A DNA stretch of 64,000 bases from Lama guanicoe (lineage: Eukaryota): assembly GCA_013239625.1 (NCBI GenBank), contig MU053629.1, positions 2,755,567 to 2,819,566 of the forward strand. The letters are read 5' to 3'. This document shows, one piece after another, positions 1 to 14,716 of this stretch. Under the pieces are notes generated by a model, which was given only the letters and a program-made list of their open reading frames with translations, had not been told where the DNA came from and did no database searches. The position numbers and the translations under genes are program-made. The stretch's first letter is position 1. The number at the start of each line of letters is the position of its first letter.

Positions 1-620
1 GGGAAGTGCTTTTTTTTTCTTTTTTTTTTTTTTAAACTCTGGACAACAATGTAGGGAGGGAGAGGGCGTGCCCCTAAAGGGGCTTGAGGTAGGAGTGCAT
101 TTGGGGCTCTGTGGGGCAGGGGGCTGAGGCCACGACCCCACTCCCCCGAGGACATTCATTCCGGCTGAGGTAGGTGCTGAGCGCCAAAACAGCAAAAATC
201 CATCCTGAGAAAACAAGGTCGTGGAGGGTTGACCGTGTCGGGGCCCAGCCACAGCAGGGGCGTTTTTGGAGTCTAATTCACCTTCTCTCTTCTCTCTCTC
301 TCTCTCTTTTTTTTTTTTTGGATTTCAAGTTTGTTATTTTTTTTAAAAGAAAACCATTAGTTCAGTTCCAAGTCACATGGGTACCAGGCAGAGGTTGAGG
401 GGTGCCCCTGGCCCAAGGGAGGGGCTTCTGCAGGATTCCCTCCGGGTCCTTGGCGGGGTGGGGGGTTCCCTGCCACGGTGCTACTGTAGGTCCTGAGCAT
501 CTGAGGAGCAGTCAGGACAGAAATGCTGGGAAGCCCCCATCTGAAGCCCACATGACGGGAGAAATCTTGCCTTTGACCTGAGAACGGGGTTTGCTCCCTC
601 CAGAGCCTGCTGGACACTGG
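1..620 (-). other. IGDCC3: IGDCC3 3' UTR (partial, runs off the left edge)
   Basis: Follows the stop codon; has U-rich and A-rich tracts and let-7 seed matches; no poly(A) signal seen inside the window. Confidence 0.8.
85..173 (-). promoter_or_regulatory. Two let-7 8mer target sites (CUACCUCA) in the IGDCC3 3' UTR
   Basis: Plus-strand TGAGGTAG at 85-92 and 166-173. Confidence 0.8.
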
Positions 621-848
<228 letters not shown>

Positions 849-975
849 TCAGTATGAAGCCAGGGGCCTGTGAGCCTCAAGTCAGAGGGTCAGGCCTTGG
901 ACCCAGTCCCACTCAGGGGCTGTCTCCTGGCTTCCCTGCCTGACTCAGGACACAAAGAAGAGGCACTGGCCACTA

Positions 976-1677
<702 letters not shown>

Positions 1678-1761
1678 TCAGCTGCTCCCACTCCCAAGTC
1701 TGCATACCAACTGCCCTTGTCCATGGGACCCCAGCCCAACCTTTTCTCTTCTTTTTACCAG

Positions 1762-1950
1762 TTATTAAGCACTAACTTTGTGCCAGATACTGGGAATAAC
1801 ACTTTACATGGACCCTTTCGTCTTCCACACCGTTCTATAAAGCAGATATTACGATCTCTATTTTATAAAGGAGAAAACCGGGGCTCAGAGGGGTTAAGTA
1901 ACTTGCCCAAGGTCACACAGCCAAACAGCAAATTCAGGTCTAAGCCTATG
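1762..1950 (-). mobile_element. MIR SINE
   Basis: GGCTCAGAGGGGTTAAGTAACTTGCCCAAGGTCACACAGC core. Confidence 0.75.
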
Positions 1951-2070
1951 TTCCCCAGGGCTGCATGTACTGTCCTACACCTCCTACCTTCCCTGGGTGC
2001 CTGCTCCCCTCCTCTCTGAGCTCCTGGCCTCCCTTCCAGAGTGCCAGTCTTTGGCCACACCCCATCCTCA

Positions 2071-2665
<595 letters not shown>

Positions 2666-2690
2666 TCAAATAGCACCTTTACGTGAATTA

Positions 2691-3589
<899 letters not shown>

Positions 3590-3619
3590 TCAGCAAGTCA
3601 GGGGCAGACCTGGCACTCA

Positions 3620-3928
<309 letters not shown>

Positions 3929-3929
3929 C

Positions 3930-3979
3930 NNNNNNNNNNNNNNNNNNNNNNNNNNNNNNNNNNNNNNNNNNNNNNNNNN
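3930..3979. other. Assembly gap (50 N)
   Basis: Run of N beside the IGDCC3 exon 7 acceptor. Confidence 1.
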
Positions 3980-4577
3980 GGCAGGGTGGGCTAGGGACAC
4001 ACACAACCACCCCTTGGAGAATCCTCCAGGTAGGGCCCACCCTCCACGGTGGCCCAGCCTCCAGGAGATGGTGGCAGGCCCAAGAGAGGACTCCATTTTA
4101 ATGACTCTTTAGAAGACTGACATTTGTATCGGAAAGCAATCAGGCTGAGCTCCCTGTTCAGGAAATTGTTAAATAAATAAATGTGCTAATAGGTTTGGCT
4201 GCACCTCGAAGGCGGGAATGACAGGGAGATGCGTGAGCCCTCAGTAGCGGCCCCCCTCACCCTGACATTCAATTCCACTCTCCTCCAATCCCAAGCTGCG
4301 CGCTTCCATTAACACCCGAGAAATGAAATGCTCCATCACTTTCATTTGGACAGATTAACGGCACATGGAATGCTAAACAAACAGGCATTTAAGTTCCTCT
4401 TTCCCCTCTCTCCCACCTCTTCCCCGGCTCTGGGAGGGACCAACCACAGGAAACCCCTGAGAGTGGGAATCCAAGCTCAGTTCATGGGGACAGTTGAGCT
4501 CCAGGGCAGGAGGATGGACAGGATGACCCAGTCAGCTGCAGAGGCCACTCTCACACCCCACGGGAGTGGAGGTCAGC

Positions 4578-4595
4578 TGTGTGTGTGTGTGTGTC

Positions 4596-4630
<35 letters not shown>
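4578..4630. repeat. (TG)n-(AG)n compound microsatellite
   Basis: Seen directly. Confidence 0.95.
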
Positions 4631-4786
4631 CGCAGGAGCTGGGATGTGAGAGTGTGAAAATGACAAATACACTGAGAGCATGCAGGCAGGTGTGAGCTTG
4701 GAAGGGCTACATGTGTGAATGAGAACAGCACGTGGGGGAGGGACACATGTGAGTGACACAGGTCGGGGAGACCAGCTGAGATTTTA

Positions 4787-5185
<399 letters not shown>

Positions 5186-6020
5186 TCAGGGAGTGGGGTG
5201 TGGAAGAGGGGGCAGGGCAGGAACGTCCAGACTGGGAATCGGCCATTCCACCAGTCTTCCAGGGAGCCCCAGGCTTTGACTCTGACTTCTGAGCATCTGG
5301 CCTTGTAGGGGTGGGAGGTGCAGCGCGGAAAACTCACCCAGAAGCAGAGACCTGGGTCCTAATCCTAGCATCGTCACTACCTCGCTGGTGACCTTCAAAT
5401 CCCTTCCCCTCAGCTTCTCACTCAGGAAAGTAAGGGGTCTGGATTCCATGGACATTTCTCAGCCTGGTTTGTCTCTCTTGAAAAAAGTTCCATGAAATAT
5501 ACCCATTCCCCTCCTGGACTGTCACAATAAATGCCCATGAATACAAAGGCTCTGAGGAGCCTTGCAGCAAAGGGACCTGGTTAACTCTGTTTCCCAAACT
5601 TGTTACACCACCAAGACATTCTTTCCCCCTGCAGATCACGCTTTGGGAAATGTCGCACCAGATGGTCCTTGCAGGGCTTATGGGCTCCTCCTATCGGTGA
5701 GGCCACTTTTTCCAGCCTCTCCCAGGCCCCGGGCCCTCCTCCCCCATCCAGGATCAGATTAGCACAGTCAGAATGCGAGGAGACAGCTCCCCATTCAGCC
5801 CCTGAAGTGGTGAAATCTACTCCATTATCCTGCCTGCTGCCTGCTCCTTCCCGATCACTCAGCTGCTACAATGTGGCGCAGTTTCCTTGTGAATGCGACC
5901 CCACCCCATCCCCTCCAGACTTTCCTTCCCCCAGTGACCTTTCCACTCAGACAATGTGGGCCCATCTGCACCCTTTCATTTCTCTCCTTCAGCTGCCTAG
6001 GGATTTAGGCTGGGGATTTA

Positions 6021-6665
<645 letters not shown>

Positions 6666-6668
6666 TCA

Positions 6669-7151
<483 letters not shown>

Positions 7152-7469
7152 TCAACCACGGCCACAGGGACACTCAGCATCGCGGACACAGCCCAGGACC
7201 CCGGCACAGTCCCAGTGTCACTTTCATCATCACAGACATACTCGGGGACTCCCGCAGGTGGGTGCACCTGCAATTCCAGCCTTGACAACAGTCAGACACA
7301 CGTCTTCGCATGGATTTGAGTATTGAATCTGGGCCCAAAGCCACAGAGATTACTCAGACTCAACAAAATTGCAGAAGCACCAGCCTGGAGGCTGCAGGCA
7401 GGCCTCCTTCAAGGCCGGGACCCTGGGCCTGCCTCTTGGTCTTCCCTCCATCTTCCCGCCTGAGGCTCA

Positions 7470-7792
<323 letters not shown>

Positions 7793-10498
7793 AGAAAGAA
7801 AGGGAAATGTGCTGGGAAAGGCCCACTGCTGAGGTGCAGAGGGGACGGGAGAGGGCGTGAGACGGGAGAGGGCATGGGGATCCCCAGGCCCGTGTACCAG
7901 AGTCCTGGAGCTCACCTGCAGGGGGCAGAGGCAGGGCAGCCACTTGGCAGGGACACATCAGCTCTTACCCTGTCCTACCTGTGGGAACCCTCTCCCCTGG
8001 AGGGATGGTATAGGCTGGGCAGGGACACCTCAGAAAGGTCTGGACGAATTCTCTGATGAAAAGCCTCTAACAGGGAAATCTTGGGCCGCTGACCCACAAA
8101 GGCCTTGCCCCCAAAGCCTGCTCCCCACTATTTCAGCTGCTTTCAGATTTATTTGTATAAACTCCCCCTAAGGTAGGAAAGTGCTAAGTATTGTGCTGCA
8201 CATTTTACAGAATAAGAAACAGGCCCAGAGAGGGGAAGAGATTAGCCCAGTGTCACCCAGCAAGGACACTGGTTGTTTGGCCCTAGTTACCAGCTCCCAG
8301 GAGCTTTTCTGGCGCTTCATCATCACCCCTAGCCCCCATTTCTCCCACAGTTTCTCAATTCACCCCAAGAGGGTGGTGTATCCATCCAAGGTGACAAGCC
8401 TCTCAGAAGACGGTCAGACCTACCAATCTACATTTCAATGTGTCATAAATATTCAGGCCCGCCCCCTCCCACCTTCTGGGAATCTGAAACTAACTGCTTG
8501 AACTCTGATCATAGGAGGGGCTGTGGTGCTCCCCCCACCCCATTTTAGGCTGGTTAAGTGTTCCTGCCCATCCTCCTTCCCACCCACCCCACCCCCCATC
8601 TTGTAAAGCTTAGGGAAGGGGCCCCTCCCATGCGGGCTCCCAGCTTCAGCACCAGGGCTGTGATTTCATTAAAATCCACTTTGCTTCAAGTGCGGGAAGG
8701 CGGCTCACCATCTGTCCAGGCAGGCAGCCCCTCCCCTCCAACACTCCATCAACTGGGACAGTTGTCCCCTCCCAGAAGGAGCCCTCCCCCCACAGCAGCA
8801 GGGACACTGGAGCTGGTCCTGGCTCCTGCTCCTGGCTCCCTGGTGTGGGTGGGCACACCCTGTCTCAGTCCTCCTCAATTCCCGGCCTGTTCAGGACTCC
8901 AGGGCAGCTCAGGAAGGCCAAGCCTTTGTGCCCTCCTTCCCGGAGTCTCTGGGGGCCGACTCTTTTATGGCACGTTCTCCATCTCATTTGCATGTGGTTC
9001 ATTAAATATAAACATGCATAAAAATCCCCAGCCCTGTCTCCTCCTCTCTCGGGGCCTCCTGGGAGTGCGCGCATGGGTGTGAGCTCCTCCTCGCGTGTGT
9101 GCAGGGCTGTGCTTGCCAGGAAGCTCTCTCTGTGTATGCGATGTGAGTGTCCAAGGCTGGGTGAATGGGGGTTTGTATCCCTCAGCTCCTGTGGCTGGTG
9201 TGTGATTCTGGTCCTGTGCAGATAATCAATCACACATGTCCCCATGTAGGTATAGCCCTTACAAAGGGTACCTTGGGGCCCTAGGGGCGGGAGGCAGGGG
9301 CAAGTGCCCCAGCTGGTGTCCCCATCAGGCTGGGTGGGACAATCCCCAGGGAGCAATGTGAGGTCAGCCTGCCCTGTCTCAGGCCGAAGGCTGTGTTGGG
9401 CCAAGGGCCTGCAGGTCAGCCCTGGGGTTTGGAGGAGGGGGCTGACGGCTGCTGGGGCCCCTCTACTGCTTCCAGGCCTCAGTCTCCAGGAGGCAGGGCT
9501 GGAGGCAGGCCTAGGGAGTGGAGAGGGCACCCAGGTCCCTGGGTCAGCTGTCTGTGCGCCGCACCCCCCTCAACCCCAGTTGGCTCCATTCTGGAGCTAG
9601 GGAGCTGCCTGCCCCCTCCTCACTCCAGCTGGAGAGGGGCCTGCAGCCCCCCAGGGACCCGGGGCGGGGACTAATGGCTCTGCTGACTACAGACGCCTCC
9701 TCATTAAGGAACCGAATCCTTTGTGTTTCCAACCCCCTTCCTGGGCTCCCTGGAGGTGCCTAGAGCTAGGAGCTGGCCTGAGAAGATACAGGGGGATAGA
9801 GCTGCTTCTCATCAGGGCACAGAGGATGGAGAAAGTCTGCCTCTACCTTCCTTCTCCCCCCAAAACTGCACAATGACAAAGCATGGGTTGAATGTGATGC
9901 TGGAGAGGAAGGGCTGGTAGGTAAGGAGCCAGTCTGAACATCTTACATTGTGTACGACAGAGTCTAAAGCATCCCCTGGGGCCCCTGGGATACAGCTGGG
10001 GACCCTCCCTGCCCACAGCGCCACGTCTCCCTTCCATCAGAGCAGCACCTCGCCGAACTTCTCTATCTGCTTTACTTAACCGCAGTTCTGCCAAACATTT
10101 CATTTGAAGGGTAGCTTTGCTTTTAAATGGGCTTGAAAACCACTCATTCCAAAGCCCATACATTCATTCTATGAAAGGGAAACCGAGGCCCAGGCCCGGT
10201 TGGTGGTTCTCCCAGCCCCAAATCTGAAAGTTCACACCCCAAGCCCTCTGCTGTGTTGCAAGTGGCTGGGAGGATAATGAGCTCCAGAGGCAGTTCCTCA
10301 GTCCCATCCCCTTGGAGCCCAGCTGAGGGTACAGGTGTGGTCCAGGGGAGGAGGTGCAGGAGGAGGGTGTGGTCCTTTATCTGAGGCTCCTTCTTCCCTC
10401 CCCTTCATCCTGCCCCTACCCAGCCCTTCAGTCGGCTCTGAATATCCCTTAGGTGTCCTAGGAGATTGCCGTGAGACCCTGAGCAGGCAGTGTCAGAG

Positions 10499-11008
10499 TG
10501 TAATAGGGAAAAGCAAATCTGACACCATACTGGATCTGTTGCTTTTCCTTTAAGCTTTGTGCTCTATTGCTTTTGCTACAAGTTAATCGACAAAGTGATG
10601 TTGCCTATAGCTTAAAGTACACATAATGGCCCATCTCCGGGAACCCAGTCTCCCAGGCCTGAGCTTTAAGCTAAAACATCTTTGTTTAGCTCACAGGAAA
10701 CATTCTGACCAGGCTCACCTGTAAATGACTGCAGGAAGGAAGGAATTAACACATCCCCTCCGGAGTCTGGCCAGACCCAGGAAATATTTGCAACAACTCA
10801 TCACTTTTTTAACTCTACCTCCATACTTCTCCCTCTTTGTTCTATAAGAGAAACTACCATCCCAACTCGGGTAAGACGGTTCTATGGGACTCTAGTCCAC
10901 CATCTTCTTGGTCTTCCGAATAAAGTCACTATTCCTTGCCCCAACAACTTGTCTCTCAGTTTATTGGCCTGTTGTGTGGTGAGCAGTATGAGCTTGGACT
11001 CTGTAACA
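10499..11008 (+). mobile_element. Solo ERV LTR (~510 bp)
   Basis: TGTAA..TAACA termini, TATAA at ~10843, AATAAA at 10919-10924, degenerate 4-bp TSD AGAG/AGAC. Confidence 0.75.
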
Positions 11009-12544
11009 AGACTGCCAGTCCTTTCATTCACAAATGAAGGGGTGAGCAGGCACTCCTCAGGGCCTGCAGCTTTGACTCCTGCTGCCTTCATAAACAGGCC
11101 TGTGCCCACACTCAGCTTAGCTGGGGTCTCTTGGAGTCTCGCATTCACTCCGAGTTCACAGGCAACAGCATTTTGTCTTTAGGAAGTCGGGGAGAAAGTT
11201 TCTCGGGACCACTTAGATCTCTGATCTCTCAGCATGGGACAGGTTTGGCTTGTACTAGCAGGCCACAGAGCTGAGGAACTCTCCCTCATTGTGTCATTCT
11301 GGGGTGGGGGTGGGGGTCCTTGGGCAACCATGGCCATGTGGGGCCAAGGGCTCGATCTCTGAAAACCCTGACCCCTGAACAAGTCATCCTGGAGGCCACT
11401 GTGTGGTGGGACCCAGGTTACTATTGTGCTGGAGACACTGTCTGTGGCTGGTGTGGGTGGCAGCGTGGCTCATGGCTGGTGAACACGAAGGGGGTGCTAT
11501 GGTGCATGGCTGCTAATGCTTTTTTCTCCCACTGACACCTGTTGGTCACGTAGGGGCCATTTTGGGGCTCCTCACTTTAAACTGGGATATGGGAGTGGGT
11601 AGTGTTGGGAGCCCCTTCCAGTATAAGGAGCAGAGAAAGTGACAGGAAGGACAAAGACCTGCTTGGGGGCCATTGTGGAGAAAGGAAGAAGAAATCACCT
11701 TTGTCCCTAAATAATCTGAGAAGGAATCTCCCTGCCACTCTTTGTCCCCGCCACGGGTACAGCCAGGCCATGAGGAGGGAGGGTCAGAGCGAGATCCCGG
11801 CAACCCGCTGGGCTGCAAGGGAGCAGAACCAGGCAGGAAATGGCTCCTGGACACTCCTATAAATCACCCGAGGGGAGGGGGTCTCCTGAGAGCCAGATCC
11901 ACAGCAGCTCAGGGAGGGGAGGGGGACTTTCCTCCTGGTCCAGGACCTCTGGCGAGGTCAGGCCTGGATCTGATTAGGCAGGCTCCAGGGGGACGCTGAG
12001 GGCAGGAAGGGTCAAGGCAGAGTGCTGGGAAGGAAGCCGGCAGCATCTCCCAAGCCCAGCCTCCAACCCTTTGGTTATGGCCAGACCCCTCTCTGGTGTG
12101 TGATGACAAAAAGGTGAGTGGGCATGTTGGGATGGAGAGTCAGAACAAAGCCTTTGCAGAAACCGGTGGCACCGGGGGTCTGAGACACTGACTGCCCCCA
12201 CTCATACAGCCATTCAAGAGGAACAACCACAATCTACTCTTACAAAGGCGGCCAAGTCCTGTCCCCCTCCTTGTATCCGTCCCTGCCAAGAACCAGGGAC
12301 ACCCCGAATGCTTGCTCTTCCTTGAGCTGCTCAGATGATTGCAACATTTTCCCTTGTACTAGAGACATGCCTGAATCCCATGTGCTTCCACCCACCGTCT
12401 CCAGCTTCCCCCTTGAGAATCTCATTGTCTAATATTGTAGCCAGCTATTAAGCACTTGAAATGTGACCAGTTCAAATTGAGACGGGCTGTAAATGCAAAA
12501 TAAATACTGGATTTCAAAGATTCAGTGTAAAACGAAAAGACACC

Positions 12545-13342
12545 AAGCAAATCAAAACCATAATGAGATGCTACCTCACACCCATTGGGAAGGCTACTAT
12601 CAAAGCAAGAACAGAAAAACAGAAAATAGCAAGTGTTGGCAAGCATGCGGAGAAACTAGAAATCTTGTGCACTGTTGGTGGGGATGTAAATTGGTGTGGC
12701 CGCTAAGGAAAACAGTTATGGGGATTCCTCAGAAACTTAAAAATGGGACTACCATGTGATCCAGCCATTTCACTTCTGGGTATACACCCAAAAGAATTAA
12801 AGGCAGGGTCTCGAAGAGATATTTGTACATCCACCTTCATAGCAGCATGATTTAGCATAGCTAAAACGTGAAGGCAGCCCAAGTGTCCATCAAGGGATGA
12901 ATGGATATAAAACACATGTTTATGCACGCAGTGGAGTATTGTTCAGCCTTAAAAAGGAAGGAAATTCTGACACACGCTACAACATGGATGAACTTTGAGG
13001 ACATCATGCTAAGTGAAGTAAACCAATCACAAAGGGACAAATACTGTATGATTCCACCTACAGGAGGTACCAAGAGTAGCCAGATTCATAGAGGCAGAGA
13101 GTAGAATGGTGGTTGCCAGGGGCAGGGGGGAAAGCGGGATTGGGAGTCACTGTTTAACGAGAACAGAGTTTCACTTTTGGGAGATGAAAGTTCTGAAGGA
13201 TGAAATTTTGGAGATGGATGGTGTTGGTGGCTTGCACAACAATGTGAAGGTACTTAATGCCACTGAACTGCACACTTAAAAGTGGTGAAGACAGTAAATT
13301 TTATGTTATGTATATTTTACCACAATTTAAAAGTTGGAAAAA
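12545..13342 (+). mobile_element. L1 3' fragment (end of ORF2 plus 3' UTR), old L1M type
   Basis: CAAATCAAAACCATAATGAGAT..GATCCAGCCATTTCACTTCTGGGTATA..TTATGTTATGTATATTTTACCACAAT. Confidence 0.9.
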
Positions 13343-13529
13343 ATTAATCATTTTAATTGATAACAGTAGTTATTAAAATATTGATTACAAGTTGAAATGA
13401 TAATATTGTGGATTTTAAAGACTTAGTACTAAAAAAAATAAAAAATTAATAATTTTAAAATAATGATTATATGTTAGAATAATAGTATTTTGGATACAGT
13501 AAGTAAAATAAAGTTTGTTATTGATAAGA

Positions 13530-13660
13530 TTTTTTTTTTGGTTACAGGGTAATTAGACTCTTTAAAAAATTTGTTTATTTTTTTAATGGAGGTACTAGGG
13601 GTTGAATCCAGGACATTGAGCATGCCAGGCGTGCACTCTGCCACTGAGCTCTACCTTCTC
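13530..13660 (-). mobile_element. tRNA-derived SINE, same family
   Basis: Reverse complement of the 7638 element with T-tail; near-TSD GTTTGTTA(T/C)TGA at 13513-13524 and 13668-13679. Confidence 0.8.
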
Positions 13661-14007
13661 TCTTGAGGTTTGTTACTGAAATTAACTTTGCCAGTTTCTT
13701 TTTGTAAATGTGACTACTAGAAAATTAAAAATCACCTGTGTGGCTCGTGTTATGCTTCCACTGGACAGTGCTGCTCGAGAAAACACAATTTTGTTCTTCA
13801 CACAACAGACCTTCAAATACTTAAGGTGTGGGTTGTTCCCTGAGAAACATCTGAAGGAAAGCACCCATATCACCTTCAGTCACTAGTGATGTGAAATGAT
13901 GTCCAGCTGCCTTGAGCCTGAAGACCCTTGGGGACGGTCTGAGCCCACAGAGCTCACACCCCTACAGGACTCTGAGCAGATTTCAGCCGTCATCTGTACT
14001 GAGTAGC

Positions 14008-14195
14008 CCTGTGCTGTCCAATATGGTAGCCACTAGCCACCTGTGGCCATTTAAATCAAAATGAAATAAAATTAAAAATTGAGTTCCTCTGGCTAGCTAG
14101 CTAGCTTTCAAGTGCTCGACAGCCACAAGTGGCTATGGGCTACCTTAAGGGACGGCACCAATAGAATATTTCCAGCATCCCATTGGACAGCACTG
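14008..14195. mobile_element. MER3-like DNA transposon
   Basis: Terminal inverted repeats GTGCTGTCCAAT..ATTGGACAGCAC. Confidence 0.7.
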
Positions 14196-14459
14196 GTCCA
14201 GACCCACAGCAAGACCTCAGACCCACAGCTGCCTTGGTCTTGCTCCCTCTCTCTTGCTGCCCCACCAGAGAGCCCCTCTTTCTTCCCCATCTTCATCACT
14301 AGCCTAGCCTTGCCCCCGCCAGATTCCCTCCCCTATTGGCCACATGGACGCAGAAACTGCTGTCAAGACCCACACATCTGATCACATCCTAAGGCAGAGA
14401 AGGCCTCATACAACAAGATTTCTACTCCTAGTGGGGAAATACTTGCTAAGAGCACTTTG

Positions 14460-14716
14460 AGGGAGTCGGTAGAGTGAAGATGTTAATAATACCAGCTCTG
14501 GAATCATACAGAACTGGGTTCAAAACTCAACACCACCACTCTTAGCCCTGTGACCTTGAGCAAGTTACTAAGTCTCTCGGAACCTTTATTTTCTCACTGA
14601 TAAAATAGGGATGATAATGGCTCATTTCACCACAACTGCTGCCCTAGGGATACTCAAGGAGATCTATTTGCAAAGTGCTTAGCACAGTTCCTGGAAAATA
14701 GCAAATACTTGCTAGT
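14460..14716 (+). mobile_element. MIR SINE
   Basis: CTGGGTTCAAA..TGTGACCTTGAGCAAGTTACT..AAAGTGCTTAGCACAGT. Confidence 0.75.

Larger units (their letters stand above)
12424..13775. mobile_element. MER33-like hAT-Charlie DNA transposon split by L1 and SINE insertions
   Basis: Left arm CATTGTCTAATATTGTAGCC..GATTTCAAAGA (12424-12535); right arm ending CCACTGGACAGTGCTG; family assigned from memory. Confidence 0.6.

Noticed and set aside
12422..13104. Short ORFs with L1-like peptides
   Set aside because: Decayed L1 ORF2 and 3' UTR sequence, not host genes.
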